From Ginglymostoma cirratum (Eukaryota): a stretch of 64,000 nt of DNA. The notes beneath the pieces were generated by a model. That model was given only the letters and a program-made list of their open reading frames with translations, searched no databases and was not told the DNA's origin. This document shows positions 25,950-39,555 of the stretch, piece after piece. The stretch is from contig JAHRHZ010000020.1 in the NCBI GenBank assembly GCA_024137785.1, forward strand, positions 57,712,903 through 57,776,902. The letters run 5' to 3'. How positions within the stretch are numbered: position 1 is the first letter of the stretch; each line of letters starts with the position of its first letter. The position numbers were made by a program, and so were the translations under genes.

Positions 25950-27234
25950 TTTCCTGCTCCTGTGATGCTGCTTGACCTGCTGTGTTCATCCAGCCCCATG
26001 CTTGTTATCTTGGATTCTCCAGCATCTGCAGTACCTTTTATCTCTCAAGTAAAAGTAATTAAGCTTCCTGGCATAACCTAGGGACAGTCCAAAACTAACA
26101 TGCATAGATCAGAGTGAACAAGACAATGTTTTATGAACTTTGTTTCAGAGGTAGACTTTCTCCTATTTATTTCCAGGTCAGTGTTCAAAGTTTGTCCAAG
26201 TCTGCATTTGCTGAGGATGTTTTATCTCTTAATCACCAACACTGTTTTTCACCTCACTGATCACCACAAAATATCTTGGATGCGCTCCTCAGTCTTATTG
26301 TCGTCTAACCAACTGTCATCACCAGACAGAGGGATAGGTGTAACGCATATGTAACAAAAACCATGTGTGGTGCTGACTGCTGGACTAACTACTGTCTTCT
26401 CATTTCAAAGCCAAAACGAAGGATTTATCCAACGGGTGCCTCTCGGGCATCAAAAACCAGCAATCTCTCGTGAGTCTCCAGTCTAACATGTAGCAGTGAA
26501 GTAATCACTTTTTTTTCCCCATTGCAAAGGGACACACTCTTGCAAAGAGGTTAACCAGGCAACTTTTCAAGATGTTTTACACCACTCTTCCAGAAACCAT
26601 TAGCACTACCTTTTAATAAACATCAAGATTAATTTGAAACCAGTGAGATAACCCAGAATCAATGAGAAGAGAAACATTTCCTTTGCAGAGTTTACCTCAG
26701 TGACAAGTAATTTACAACTTAACCGCAATGCCTAACCTGACAATGGCAACCCTGTTCAGTGCCAACTCTGATTTAAAAAGTAGACCAGCTACATGCAGCC
26801 TGATGCAGACCACAAAGACAGGAAGAGATTCCAGAATGGGTAGTGAGTAATTGCTATGGAATGAAAGCTGACTGAGCAATTACTGTGTAGGTGTGACTCA
26901 TGAAATGTATCAAAAGCCTTGGCTAAGGCACAGGAAAAAATGCTACCAGTGCATGGTATGGACTAGGAGGTTGGAGATTTGGTACAGATGGGGCAAGAGG
27001 TGTTCCTTTTAGTTTAACTTACAATAAGCCAAGTGAATTAATAACATTACCCTTCAAGTGTACGAAACCAGTTTCAGTTAGAGTTGGTAGTGCAGGTGGT
27101 TTGCTGTATGACAGCTTATAACAGTTCGTGGAGCTAGCATAATCCTAGGCAACAGTACCTATAACCACTGTCTGCTCTTTGAATCTTTGTCTAAGAGCTG
27201 TTAAGGTGGAATCCAAGATACAGACATTACAGTG

Positions 27235-27336
27235 CATCAGTTCTGAGGAAGGGTCACCGGACTTGTTACGTTAACTCTGATCTTTTCCTCACAGATACTG
27301 CCAGATCTGAGCTTTTCCAGCAACTTCTGTTTTTGT
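27235..27336 (+). mobile_element. Penelope-derived end fragment (family D), hammerhead with GAAA box mutated
   Basis: agtt-CTGAGGA-a-gggtc(accg)gactt-GTTA-cgtt-aact. Stem I agtt/aact is retained. Confidence 0.65.
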
Positions 27337-28899
27337 AAGGAAATAAGCGGTCTAGCTGCATATTTTGACCCAGGCGGCAGCCATGGCTTTGGGGTTAGAT
27401 AGTTATTTAGATTTTGGATAAAAATAAATGGGGGACAGGAGGATTTGGCTGTTGGGTCATGAAAAATGATCTTGGTTCAGAGGGTGGAATTAGCTTGGAT
27501 ACAGCAAAAAATGTGAAGGCAAGTCAGTGCTAAAATAGTTTAAGGGGATCATGAATGTAGCAGTGCAAGTCTTTGACTTGAGTATGAGCTACTTGTTATT
27601 GGTTTAGATGAGAACAAATGGAGGGAGCTTGAGCAAATTGGCTAACCACTGGTACAGGATACCATTCAGATCAGAGTAAAAGGGATTGTTGATGGTATGC
27701 GGTGGATGTTGTTATTATTGAGAAATAGATATTGTTCTGTGCAGCCTCCAACTAAAGTTTAAGGACATCTCTCAGCTGGTGGAATAGGGATTGTGGGTGT
27801 GGGGACAGAACTCAATTGTGCGGTCCACGTAGCGAACAATTACAAGAAGTAGTAATGAGGTTCTGCTGAGATCTCAAGCTGGAGTCCAGTCTAAGTAGCA
27901 GAAATTGAAAGGCTGTTAGTTCAGGCGGTAGTCTAATGCTTTGTGACAGATATATAATTGCAGGAATGGAGTGAGGTAGACTTTTTTATTTGGAACGTTA
28001 CACTTAAACGTGTTCGTATCAGTGTTTTAGTGACTTAAGTAACTGGTGCAGGTAGGGGTGGGGTGTTGAGTAAGGGTAAATTTCAAGTTAATGAGAGAAG
28101 TCAAGCGATAGAGCAGTGTCACAATTTAGTTAAAATAAACTGCCAGGAAGGGCTTCAGTGTGGTCATGGGGATGTCTAGAAAAATGGACGAATCAGCAAT
28201 GAGATGAGGTAGGTTCTGACAGATAGCAGCCAAGAAACTTGTAGAATTACTTTGAGTAACCAAGGGCAGAAAACACTGGTAGGACTGTTTTAGTGGCCCC
28301 TTGAGCCATTATCATCTTGAATTGAATATGAATAGGGAATTGAAGTGGCATGTCAGAGGGTAGTATGGAAGTGTACACTTCAGAAATTAGTGTGGAAGTG
28401 TACACCTGAGAAATTGGGCGTATCCACTTATCTAGAAGGACGATGAGATTTACGACAGTTGTCTGCAACGGTGAGAGTCACCAAATCGGGAACAGACTTT
28501 GCCAGGTCTCTCATGATGTACTGAAACAGGGCTAATTAATCTCATATGAGAGAATATTCCAGAGAAGTGTGATCAGGACCTTCATTAAATTCTCATGCTG
28601 AGCATGGTGCGGTTACATTCAAAATGTGAAGGGAAAAGTTGTTTAAGGCAGATTGGAAAATTAAATTGTTGACCATTTAACCATATAAATATTAAAAACA
28701 CATTTAATTCCGGAATGAAAAAATATATACATTTTCTTCAATAAAAGCTCCATTTAATAAGCCCTGACTAGCGGAAATGTTAGTAGATTAAAAGAATCCT
28801 AAAACATTCCCAAAAGAGTAGTAAGTAGCACAGTAAATCGAGGTTTAGAATAGGATGAAAGAATAGAATAAGTATGGAAACAAATTGTTGGAAAAATGT

Positions 28900-30050
28900 T
28901 CAAATCAGTTAGTAGGGAAGTAATGGTACATGTAGAAAATCAAAATCTTATCAAGCAGTCAGCATGCCTTCAGGAAAGGGAAATCATGTCTGATTTAATT
29001 TATTTGAGCTTGTCAAGGAAGGCTTAACCAGAGTAAATTGACGGGAATGAGATGCCTTGTGTTTGACAAGGTGCCCCACAAAAAGTTAAGTCCTAAGATA
29101 AGAACCCACAGTGTTGGAGGTAGCATATTGACATCGATAGAGAATTGGCTAACAGGCAAGAAGCAGCAAGTGGGGATCAAGGGTTTGTTTCCTGGTTGGC
29201 ATCCTTGAATCTTTGGGGTTCCACAGGGATCAATACTGGGACCAGAACTGTTTACAATATATATAAATGACATGGAAGAAGGAAGTGAATATACAGTAAC
29301 CAAATTTGCAGATAACATACAGGTGGAAAGGCAGGTTGCAAGGGGGATACAAATAATTCACGAAGCGTCATTGATAGGTTACATAAATGGGCAAAAAGTT
29401 GGCAAATGAAGAATAATGCAGGAAAATATGATGGTGTTTGTTTTGGAAGGGAGAACAGAACAGTATTTAAATGAAGAAACAATGCAGAAAGCTGCCCCAA
29501 CAGAGGCTTGTCAGTACTTGTGCATGAAACACAGAAAGCTAGCACCCAAGTGGAGCAGGTAATCTGGAAGGCTATTGGAATGTTTGCCCTTATTTCAAGG
29601 GGGTTGGAGTAGGAAGAGTAGGAAGTCTTACTGCAGCTGTACAAGGTGCTGGTGAGACCATGTCTGGAGTTGTGTGAGCAATTTTGGGCCTCTAATTTGA
29701 GAAAAGGTATTACTACTTCGCAACAGTTCAGAGTTCACTAGGATGTCTGAGGAGCAAAGGTTAAACAGGTTACAACTCCACTCACGAGTTTGGAAGAATG
29801 AGAGGTGATCTCATTGAACATAATCTCAGAAGAAGGAGGTGCCAATTTAGGACCAAGATAAGGAATTTCTTTAGGATTGAGTAATTTGAACTGCTTGCCA
29901 CAAACAATTCTTGATCTCAGTCAGGAAATCCAAGATGCTGGGGAAAAGACATGAAAGTGAGTGAGAGGAATGTAGGATTAGCTGTGATCTGATTGAATGG
30001 CCGAGCAGGCTCAAGTGGCCACATGGCCTACTGTTCATTTCTTTTAGGTC
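28900..30050 (+). mobile_element. CR1 LINE RT to 3' end (older 5'/ORF1 remnants upstream from ~26800)
   Basis: ggggttccacagggatcaatactgggacca (GVPQGSILGP), aaatttgcagataac (KFAD.), ctggtgagaccatgtctggag, and the 3' UTR gattgaatggccgagcaggctc. Confidence 0.88.
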
Positions 30051-30254
30051 ATGAAGAGTATGCCCATGTATGTAAAAAGGAAATATTTAGTTGAACTAAA
30101 TTTGGGTCCCTTCGAGGCAGGGTCAAGAAAAATCTTCCCAGGAATGATGGAAATCAGTGTCAATAATTCGTATGTTTTTATAATAGCATAGGCCTCTCGA
30201 CATGGCAAATTGTCAGAGCACTTGAGTTAAAATTTATTTAATAAAACAAAGAAC

Positions 30255-32220
30255 AGACCCTAGATAGCTGAAACAAAAGCTGCTGGAGAAACTGAGTAGG
30301 TCTGGTAGAAAAAAGTTAATATTTCAAGTCTAGTGACCCTTTTTGGGGGGCCATGTTAGGTGGGGTTGCAGGGTGCAGAAAACTAGTGAGGACGGTGCTC
30401 AGGGACCGAGAAAGAGAGGAGAGGCAGACAAAGGGAATGTTTGTGATCAGCTAGGAGGGAGTTAAATGTCGAATGGGTTCTAGCAGGAAGTGTAAATTTA
30501 AAATTAGGTTGGCTGTGCTGGGGCCAACCCGTACAGATGGTGGGTAATGAACATGGAGGGTGTTCATGTTAGGAAGATGTTAAACTGTTGAATCCTGAGG
30601 GCTGTAAGGTACCTAGGTGGGCAATGAGGTTTTTTTCTCTGGGCTTGCATTGAGCTTCACTGGAACACTGCAGCAGATCAGAGACAGAAGCGTTGGCATG
30701 GCAGCATGATGTATTGATGTAGCTGGCAACTAGAAGCCCGAGGTTTTTTAACAAATGGAACCGGGATGTTCCACAAAGTGGTCATCCATCTACATTTCAT
30801 CTCCCCAGTGTACAGGAGACCACATTGTGAGAAGCAAATACAGTAGAATCAATTGAGTGAAGTGCAAGTACATCACTACACTTCACCTGGAATGTGTGTC
30901 TGGAGCGCTGGCTAGTGAGTAGGGAGGATGTAATTCAGCAAGTCTTGTATCATGTGCGATTGTATAGGAAGGTGCTGCGGGTTGTGAGGTGGAGGAGGGT
31001 GGACAAGGGTGTTGCGGAGGGAACTGTCCCTGTGGAAAACTGACAAAGGAAGAATGTTTCATGGTGGCATCCTGTTGGGAGTGGTGGATTATGATCCTTT
31101 GGATGCAGATTCTATTGGGGTGAAAGGTGAGAACAAGGGTGTCCCTATTGTCATGGAAATGAAGGGAAGGGGTGAAGAAAGAGTTCAGGGCATGTATCAG
31201 ACAAGCCCGAGAGCCTTATCAACAAAGGGTGAAGAATGCCACTCCTTTCAACCGAGCATTATCAGAACAGATCTGCCATAGAAAGTGAGAGAATGGAATG
31301 GGGTCCTTCCAAGAAGCAGAGTGTAAGGATGTGTAGTCAAGATAATTTTGGGACTTGGTTGGTTTCTAATGGATCAGCAGTCCAGCCTATCCCCAGAAAT
31401 AGAAACTGAGATGGGAAGGGTGGTGTCAGAGATGGGCCTTGAAGGTGAGAGCAGTGTGGAAATTGGAAGCAAAATAAATTAAGTTTTGCTGGTCAAGAGG
31501 GAAGCAGCACCAAACCAATGTCCGTTGTGAGGAGGAACCAGAGTAGGATTACAACAAGAAATGTTCCACCCACCTGCAAAAAGAGAGCCAGAAGTAGGAC
31601 CCATATGGGTACTCGTGGCCACGTTTTTGACCTGGAGAAAGTGAAAGAAGTTAAAGGAGAAGTTACTCAAAATGAGGATGAGGCCGGCTTGGTGGCAGAA
31701 GGTGCTTTTGCATCGAAATGATTTGGCCACCTTTCAGGAAAGAAGCAGAGAGCCCTCCAATGAACCTGATGTGCAGGTGATTGTGGAGAGGAGTTGCATA
31801 TCCCAGGTGAAGAGGAGGCAGCTCGTGCCAGCAAACTGGAAATTTTGACACTGGTGTAAAGAATTAGAAGAGTTACAGAGATAAGTTGGAAGGACTGTAC
31901 AAGGGGAGACAAAATAAAGGTCATGTCAGAAGAAATAAGTTCCATAGGCAGGAACATGCTGAAACAATGGGTCTTAATGGATCTACCCTGGCAGTCCTGT
32001 TAGTTAACTTTTTGGGAAGAAAATAGAAGTGGGCTCTACAGGATTAGGGGACTACAAGATGGAAAACTGCAGGACTGAGATCCCCAGGTTAATGTGAAAA
32101 TATTAGCTGCTGTTAAGTGGGTCATGGTCTGGTAGAAATGGAGGTGATGTCTGAGAGCTGGCACTTGGCTTCTGCAAGGTAGAAATCAGTATGCCAGACA
32201 ACCACAGCACTGCTGTTCTT
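30255..32220 (-). mobile_element. Decayed autonomous-type Penelope-like element (RT + GIY-YIG pseudogene)
   Basis: Minus ORFs LILILSNFSFNFFHFLQVKNVATSTHMGP...LFAG (PLE RT, canonical LNNFSFN..HFLQ.KGVAMGT.MGP) and EKNLIAHLGTLQPSGFN (GIY-YIG end). PLE tail with decayed hammerhead at ~30280-30345. Multiple stops and frameshifts. Confidence 0.8.
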
Positions 32221-33054
32221 GCTGGAGGAGGGAAGGGTTCCAGTGGTGCTGTAGGTGTGTTGGGCATTGGTACCTATGAGTTGATGTTTCTTGCTTTCTT
32301 TGATATATGAAAGGAAGAGAGAAATTTTCTTAAAACGAACGAACAGCCGAAAGTAGAAGAACTGAGATGCAGGAAAGCTTTGACAAAGAATGAGGTGGAT
32401 TGATGGAGATTAGAACTTTCTGGAACATTTCAAAGGAAAAAGTGTATTAATAGATTCATGGAACCAAAAACATTTCAATTTTAATCACCTAATAATACAT
32501 ACAGGATTTTTTTTAAAGTGGTAGCTTCATAGATATAAGTGTGGCTTTTAATCTTCCAAAATTCCCCAGTCCTGGAAAGGTCTCTGGATTGAAATTCTCC
32601 TCTTCAAGTAGCAGTGTTAGATTTGTTGTGAGAGGAAGAGAAAACGAGGGATAATACTTGAATCTTCAAGAATCTCTAACTTTCAAAGGAGATAGAAGGG
32701 AACTGGAGTTAGTGCTCTGTCTGATTCTTCAAAAAGCATTCATCAAAAAGTTACATGACAGGCAGTATTAAGAGTTTAGGGTTTATGGGACTGTGGATAA
32801 TCTTAACATGGAATGAATTTTTTTTTAACTGGGTAGGAGTAGATGACATTTTTTTGGAATTAAAGCATCTAATTAGGGATTGCTGCAAGGATCGTTGTTT
32901 GGGTTTCAGAGATTTATGGTCTTTATCAATAACTTGAGAGAGGGGATGGGGTGCAATATTTTTGTTTCTGTCTTCATTATTGAGGTTGCATAACATCTTA
33001 CTAATAGCTGCAAAAAGGGAGAAAGAAGACCGAGAATTCCAGCTTCGTAGTTTG

Positions 33055-33662
33055 TTGAAAATGGAGTCACAAATAGACAGGCTAGTGGAGAAGTATTGGA
33101 GTTGGGATGTCATGTTCTGGCTGTTCAGGACTTTGGCTCGGCCACTTTGGAATACTGTGTTCAATTCTGGTCTCCCTGCCGTAGAACAGATGTTCTGAAA
33201 CTTGAGAGGTTTCAGAAAAGATTTACAAAGATCTTGCTAGGGTGAAAGGTTTGAGCTATCGGGAGAGGCTGACTAGACTCTGGGGCTTTTTCCCTGAAGC
33301 ATTGTAGGCTGAGGTGTGACCTTAAATCATGAGGGGGCACGAATAGGGTGAATATCCAAGGACTTTTTCCCAGAGTAGGGGAGTCCAAAACTGTAGCGCA
33401 TAGGTTTAAGGTGAGGGGGTAAAGCTACAAAGGGACCTAAGGGGCAACTTTTTCAGAGGATGGTGCACGTATGGAATGAGCTGCCAAGGAAATTGGTGGA
33501 GCCTGGTACAATTGCAATATTTAATAGGAATCTGGATGGGTACACGAATAGGAAGGGTTTACAGGGATATGGGCTGAATACTGGCAAATGGGATTGGATT
33601 AATTTCGGACAAATTGGACCAAAGGGTCTGTATCCATGCTGTCCGATTCTGATTCTATGACT
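33055..33662 (+). mobile_element. CR1/HER1-like LINE 3' fragment
   Basis: LFRTLARPLWNTVF.SG motif. Similar to 1-630, ends attctatgact. Confidence 0.88.
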
Positions 33663-33699
33663 ATAAAAACTTGGTGAAATTATAACCAGGGAAACTGCT

Positions 33700-34800
33700 G
33701 AAGCTGAGGACTGACAAGTCCTTGGGTCCCGATGACTTCATCCTTGGGTTTTAAGAGGTTAATAATGAGGTTGCAGGTGTATTGGTGCTAACTTGTCAAA
33801 ATTTGCTCGATGCTGGAAAAGCTTCTTCAGTAAAGTAGCAATTTGAGGGAGGGAGGGAGGCAGACGCCAGGAAACTGTCTGCTCGTTGACTTGGTACCTG
33901 TCACACGGACGGTGCTTGCATCAATCATTAGACGTTGTGGCTATGCATGTAGAAAAAGAAATCAAAATAATTGAAGAGTCACTATAGTTTTATGAATGGG
34001 AAAACTCATTTAACCAACTTCTTTGCAGGAGTAACTGATGTTGTGGATAAAGGGGAGCCTGTCGATGTACTGTTTTCGGATTTCTAGAAGGTGTTTCACA
34101 AGGCACCACATGAAAGGAGGAGCTCATGGTGTAGGAAGTGAAATATTAGCATGGCTATAAGATGGACTGGTTGACAGAACAGTTTGCCTAAGTGGATCTT
34201 TTTTTCTGCTGAGGGAGTATGTGACAAGTGGATTCCTACAGAGGACTATGCTGGGGCCTCAATCTTTAATAATTTATAACAATGACTTTATTGTTAACCG
34301 TGCTTTAAGTATGGTTGCTTATGTTGTAAATGACATGACAATAGGTAGGAAAATACGTGGAGAAGATGACAAAGGTCCCAGACTGGGGCAAATATGAAAT
34401 GCTTTTATTTTGGTAGGAAAACTGGAAGGTGTCTTTTTTAAATAAAGATGAGACAGATAAATAAAACCAAGAAATGTGGGTGCTGGAAATCTGAAACAGA
34501 GCTTGCTGGAGAAACCCAGTAGTCTGGTAGCGTTGCGGAGAGAAAGCAAGGTTAAGGTCCAGTAACGCTCCTTCAGGGACATGTTGCTGAAAAAGAAATG
34601 AGGGCCCGTTATACACAGACCTCAGTTAAAATGCAAGTGCAGTGAGCAGTTAAGAAGACCAAAGACAGACTTTGGTGAAATCCTTCCTGGGGTAGTATAC
34701 AGAGATTGTATTCCTGACCAGAGTGCTTGCATTTTGAAAGGGTGCAATGAAAATTTAGTAGGTTGATGCCTAGAATATGAAGGGTGAGACGCACAAAAGG
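33700..34800 (+). mobile_element. Old CR1 RT fragment with nested PLE end (~34455-34580, minus)
   Basis: gacaagtccttgggtcccgatgacttcatcct (KSPGPD..HP), gattcctacagaggactatgctggggcctc (G.PQGS.LGP). Confidence 0.7.
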
Positions 34801-35404
34801 GTTAACATTCCCAAGTTAAGAATGATGTGATTGCCTTCAGATAAATCCAAAAAAAATCTGCCCTGCAAAGCACTTCTAGATTCTCAGGGTAAGAGGTGAG
34901 TTGTTTTGAACTGCGATAACAAACTTATTGCCTGTGCCCTGTGATTCTTCGGAGTTCTTGACCATCAAGAAATAAAGGTCCTTTGTCAATGTGTTCATGA
35001 CTGAGTCCCAGAAATAGATCGATGAGAATGGAGGAATTTGAAGCTAGGGCAAGAAAGTGGAATTGATTTACAAGTAAAGCTAAAATTTTTGCATGTTACA
35101 TGGGGCACAGTGGGGTGTGCAGACAGCACCTATATTATTTAAGTGAAGTAACAAAGGTACAGATTGAGTCATGGGAAGAGTCTGACCATTTTGTTTGGAG
35201 ATTCTTCACCTTTGCTTGGAAATTTCTGTACCTCTTGCTGAGTTCAGCCTTATTTCAATACCCCCAAATATTTTTCATCAGTGATCACTGGAGCAGCTAA
35301 GTGTTTGACCTTCCCTTAATGTGTCAGCTTTAGCACACAATATTTCTGTTCATTGCATCTCATTTGATTGAGAATCTTACCCATGAATGACACAATTGAA
35401 TGAT

Positions 35405-35575
35405 GTTAAAGGAGAATAGTGCAGATAGTTGAAATCAGAAATGAGCTCTCGACCATCTCTTCAGACAAGGCAGCATCTATGAAGAGGAGTCGTATTGGAC
35501 TCTAAACATTAACTCTGTGTCTCTCTCCATAGATGCTCCCAGACCACCTGAATTTCTCCAGCACTTTATGCTGTG
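35405..35575 (+). mobile_element. Penelope-derived end fragment (family D), decayed hammerhead
   Basis: atgaagaggagtcgtattggactctaaacattaactctgtgtctctctccatagatgct...tttctccagcact. Confidence 0.55.
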
Positions 35576-37059
35576 GAATTAATACTGTGTGATACACAAT
35601 CTCCTCTGAGTTCATTTTCTTTTGAATTTGAGGAAGAGCTGCAAAGTTGCCAGGGTATGTGAGGGAGATGTATGCCCAAGGTACGCTATTTGGTGATCTG
35701 TAAGGGGGAGGCTGCTCGCTGTGTAGAGCTGCACTTAGGACACTGGGAATGAAGGCAAGAGCAGTGTAACACATGTTTATACCGTCATCGCTATGTGAGG
35801 TGCCTAGCCTTGGTTCTTCCTCGCTGTGCCCAACTTGGCATGTTGCTGGGCCGTATGTTAATTTGCTGGCAGTTTAAAAAGTCTGGTCAAGGAGAGCACC
35901 ACTGCAGGTTATTTGATTGGTCGACATAGAAAATGACTGCTGTGAGCTAAAACAGGTTGCTTCAGTTTGTGTGCCTTTTTTACTTTACAATTATAGTCAA
36001 ATTTCTGTTAAAGTCAAAACCTCGAGCAAAACTTGAAATACTGAAACTCCTAATTTACTGTTACCTTCTCTCAAAATTGTGCACACGTGCTCTCCCGTTT
36101 CCAAGTTGCCTTGCAGTTATCTTCTGGGAAGCAATCCTATCAACAGCTCACAAACAGGCTTGTCAAAAATAAATACAACTTGGGGGAAGACAGTGTGGTT
36201 ATGAGCACATCCCCAACTCTAACTCTGCAATTCTCCAGATCAGATGTCGTTCAAACAACTACTGGCATGACCTCAAAGCAGACTGAGCTTCATTTCTGCA
36301 TCTCTAGGTTGAAAATCCCTTTGAGTATTGGAAGTTGAAAAGATTACCCCCCCCCCCCCGTTTGCCCTGGAGCCTTCACCTTGCATTCAGAATGGGCTGT
36401 GGTAGAACTGGATGTTTTCATCTTGCACAACTATTTATTTGATTGCAAACGAATGTAAAATCCATTTCTCATAATTATCCTATCTACGTTATTAATCCCA
36501 AGTCTCCATGAAGATTGTCCATTTTTCTGCCTGTTCACTCCTCATTGTGCGTTGTTATCCACCAATGTTACACCTTCAATGACATCCTGTCACTGAAAAA
36601 TATTGTAAATTCCTCCTCTGACAAAGCAGAGTGCTAAGAAATCACTGGCTACTTTTCTTTAGACACAGCATTTTCCACTTATCACACTTCCCTGTTTGCT
36701 GTTACCAAGATATTTCTATGTTCAATTATTCTATCAGCTTTAAACTTGATTCCTGGCTCTTGCAAAGAGTTCTGACCAATACCTTGAAAATTGAACTAAC
36801 TGTAATATAAATGTAAAATGCCAGACACAGGTCAGGCGTTAACTGCAGAGGGAGAAACTGTTAATGTGTTATGTTTTTAATCTTTTAATCAGATAGTCGA
36901 GATGAGCATTTTTTTTTAAGCAAGTGGTGAACCAGTGGAAAACGTGGAGACTCTGAAAGGCTGGAGGGCAAGTGTTATACGTGACCAGAAGAATTATAAT
37001 GGGACAATTTTAGAAACAGGCTGGGTACAGAATCTGATTCCAAACAAAGGAACAGTGGG

Positions 37060-37330
37060 CCATAAGACGTAGGAACAGAAGTAGGCATTTGACCCATCCT
37101 TCCATGATTAAGCTTGATCTGATAATCCTCAACTCCACTTTGCTGCATTTAACCTCCTAATCCTTGCTTCTGTTAGTAATTAAAAATATGACTGTCTCTT
37201 TTGATTAGACTTAGCAAACTAGCCTCCACAACCCTCAGTGGTGAAGAATTCCACAGGTGCACAAGATTGAGAGGAGAAATCCCTTCTAATCTCTCAAATG
37301 GGTGACTGCTTACTATGAATCCTTTCTTGT
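37060..37330 (-). mobile_element. CR1 3' end
   Basis: ccataagacgtaggaacagaagtaggcattt...gatctgataatcctcaactccacttt...gaattccacag. Confidence 0.75.
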
Positions 37331-39555
37331 GCCATGTGGTCTGAGGCACTCGTAACAGGAAAGGACTTCTCAGGATGTGATTAGTCAGAAGGCTGTACAT
37401 TTTAAGAAAGATCTCCAGAAATTTGTGACTTCAGGTCCACGGAAGCTGAAGGCATGGTTCAAAAAGTGAAATGAATGATGTGTGTGAAAGGCCCTGCTTA
37501 GCAATGAACAATGGGGTGCACTTAGTATTTTGTATTTCCTTGAAGGTTTCAGGTTGTGTCCCATGTTTTTCCACTGTTATTGCAGGGTGATTTTTCTCAT
37601 TTTTAAGCAGTGTCTGTGGCTGCACTAATTTCTTAAATTCCACAGGAACATTAATTTGCAGTTCCCATTCTTCTAGGTTAAATTGCAATGCCCTAGAGAA
37701 AATAAAGTCGCGATTTTACATGTAGTTGCACTCATAATTAGTCACCCTGACAGACTTGCATCCACCAGTAATTCATTTGTGTTAGCTAGTTGAGTGATCT
37801 CTGAAGACACCATGCAACTTCGATAGGATACCAATCTCGAGTTGGGAGGTTTTGTTTTCCATGGTTCAAATGAATCGGGTCAAAGATTTCTGCTGTCAGG
37901 TCCAAATGAAGTGCTCTCGCGCTCAATCCATGCAGACTGCAAAGGCATTCATGCCACAACTAGCATTTTTCAGATACAAATGTTTTCATGGTAACTAATG
38001 GTTAAGATGCATTGGGAATTGGATCTGATAATGAGATTTTCAATTTCCCTGGCGCTATCACGAAGGTTGGCTAACAGACTATTGCCAACTTTTGAAATGG
38101 AGTAACTTGGACTTTTGTATTGGTGCGATTGTTGTGCTCTGGTCGTTAGGCCTAATTTGTGCCGTATAGCTGATAAGAGCTGTAGACCAGTCAACAACTT
38201 GACAACAAAGGCATAGTTTTTTATTTAAATGCCTTTGGTTTTTAAACTGGTAATAGTTGGTGTGATAACTTGAGTTTATTGGGAATTAAAAATTCTCTAG
38301 GTTAGAAACCTGAATATGTTGAAGGGAGGTCTCTCACTCATTTGTGTAAATCATCATTACCTGTTTTGATTAGACAAGACAGTGAATGGAGTAACTCAAG
38401 ACCATACTCCCATCTTGAAATTCTTATAAGCAAATTATATTCCCAGTACTCAACTGTTGAAAACCTATGAGACTGCAGCTCATCTTTGTGCTGCACATCT
38501 AATTGATCTCGGAACCACTGAAAGCCAAGTCACATCGCTCAATAATTCAGCAAATAGATTTGGTTGACGCTTAGATACTTAAGCCAATTAACTAAATGGT
38601 AGCAAAACTATTCACCTGCCTGTTGTGCTTCCTTCCAAATCTTTGTCTAACCCTGGAATATTCAGTTTCTTCACTGCTGGAAGTACTGGTCAGAATGAAG
38701 ACTTTAAATCATGGCTGTTAAGTGCTCAAAGAGTTGCAAGTGTCTGCACATGTGTGGTTGAATTCGTTATTTCGAATCGTTCAGGATAGGAGTCTTCATC
38801 CTGCTTTCAGTTTGGGGTATATTTTTAAAGCTGTGAGGACAACACTAAAGCTGAAGGGAGTGAGAGACCAGTGAAATGAGATTGCAGTTGGAATAAAATG
38901 TTATTTGACATTAATTTTGCCAGAAAGGATTGAAAAGCAGTAAGTTTTTTTTTCACGACATGAGAGACTCAGTTAGCAAGAATTGCATATGCTGGAGTCA
39001 GAGATAACACAGTATGGAGCTGGAGGATGCTGCCTATGTTCCTGGGCAGAAAAGCTGGGGCTTTTCTCTTCAGAATGACGAAGGATGAGAGGTGACTTGA
39101 TAAAAGTGTACAAAATAATCAGAGGTATAGATGGAGTAGACAGCCAGAGACTTTTTCCTCGGGTAGATGATACATCTTTTCACTCAAATGTTTGCAAAGA
39201 TTTTGGAATTATTGACCCTTGAAGGTCGTGTCCGTGATTGAATATTCAAGTCTGAAAATGATACTGATTTGACGCCTCGGGCAGTTGAGGCAGATTGAGA
39301 GCAGGGGAATAAATGGAGTTGAGACTGAAGTTCAACCATGATTTTATTGAATAGCAGAGTAGGCATTAGGCATTGTATGGTGAACATCTGCTATTTTGCA
39401 TGTTCTTACTGCATAACATTTATTTCAGCAACCCCAGCCATGTCCTCAGTCACAATATGAACAAAATATCAAAGATACTGGGGTTGTTCACCCCTGTTTA
39501 AGTTGACTAGTTTGTTTAACCACCTGTCTTATTTCAAGGCAGCAAAAATTAGAGG

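Larger units (their letters stand above)
24938..26043. mobile_element. Young Penelope-like insertion (family B) with inverted terminal arms, GIY-YIG C-terminus and 15-bp TSD
   Basis: ctcaagtaaaagtaa occurs at 24923-24937 and 26044-26058. 24935-25157 is near-identical to the reverse complement of 25784-26006. The minus frame EQQIIFSLGTLQPNGINVDF matches the PLE GIY-YIG C-terminus. Confidence 0.88.

Noticed and set aside
25191-25965. Four long ORFs (194-227 aa) in the ORF track
   Set aside because: They are artefacts of reading through the 400-N gap. Only the short GIY-YIG remnant is meaningful.
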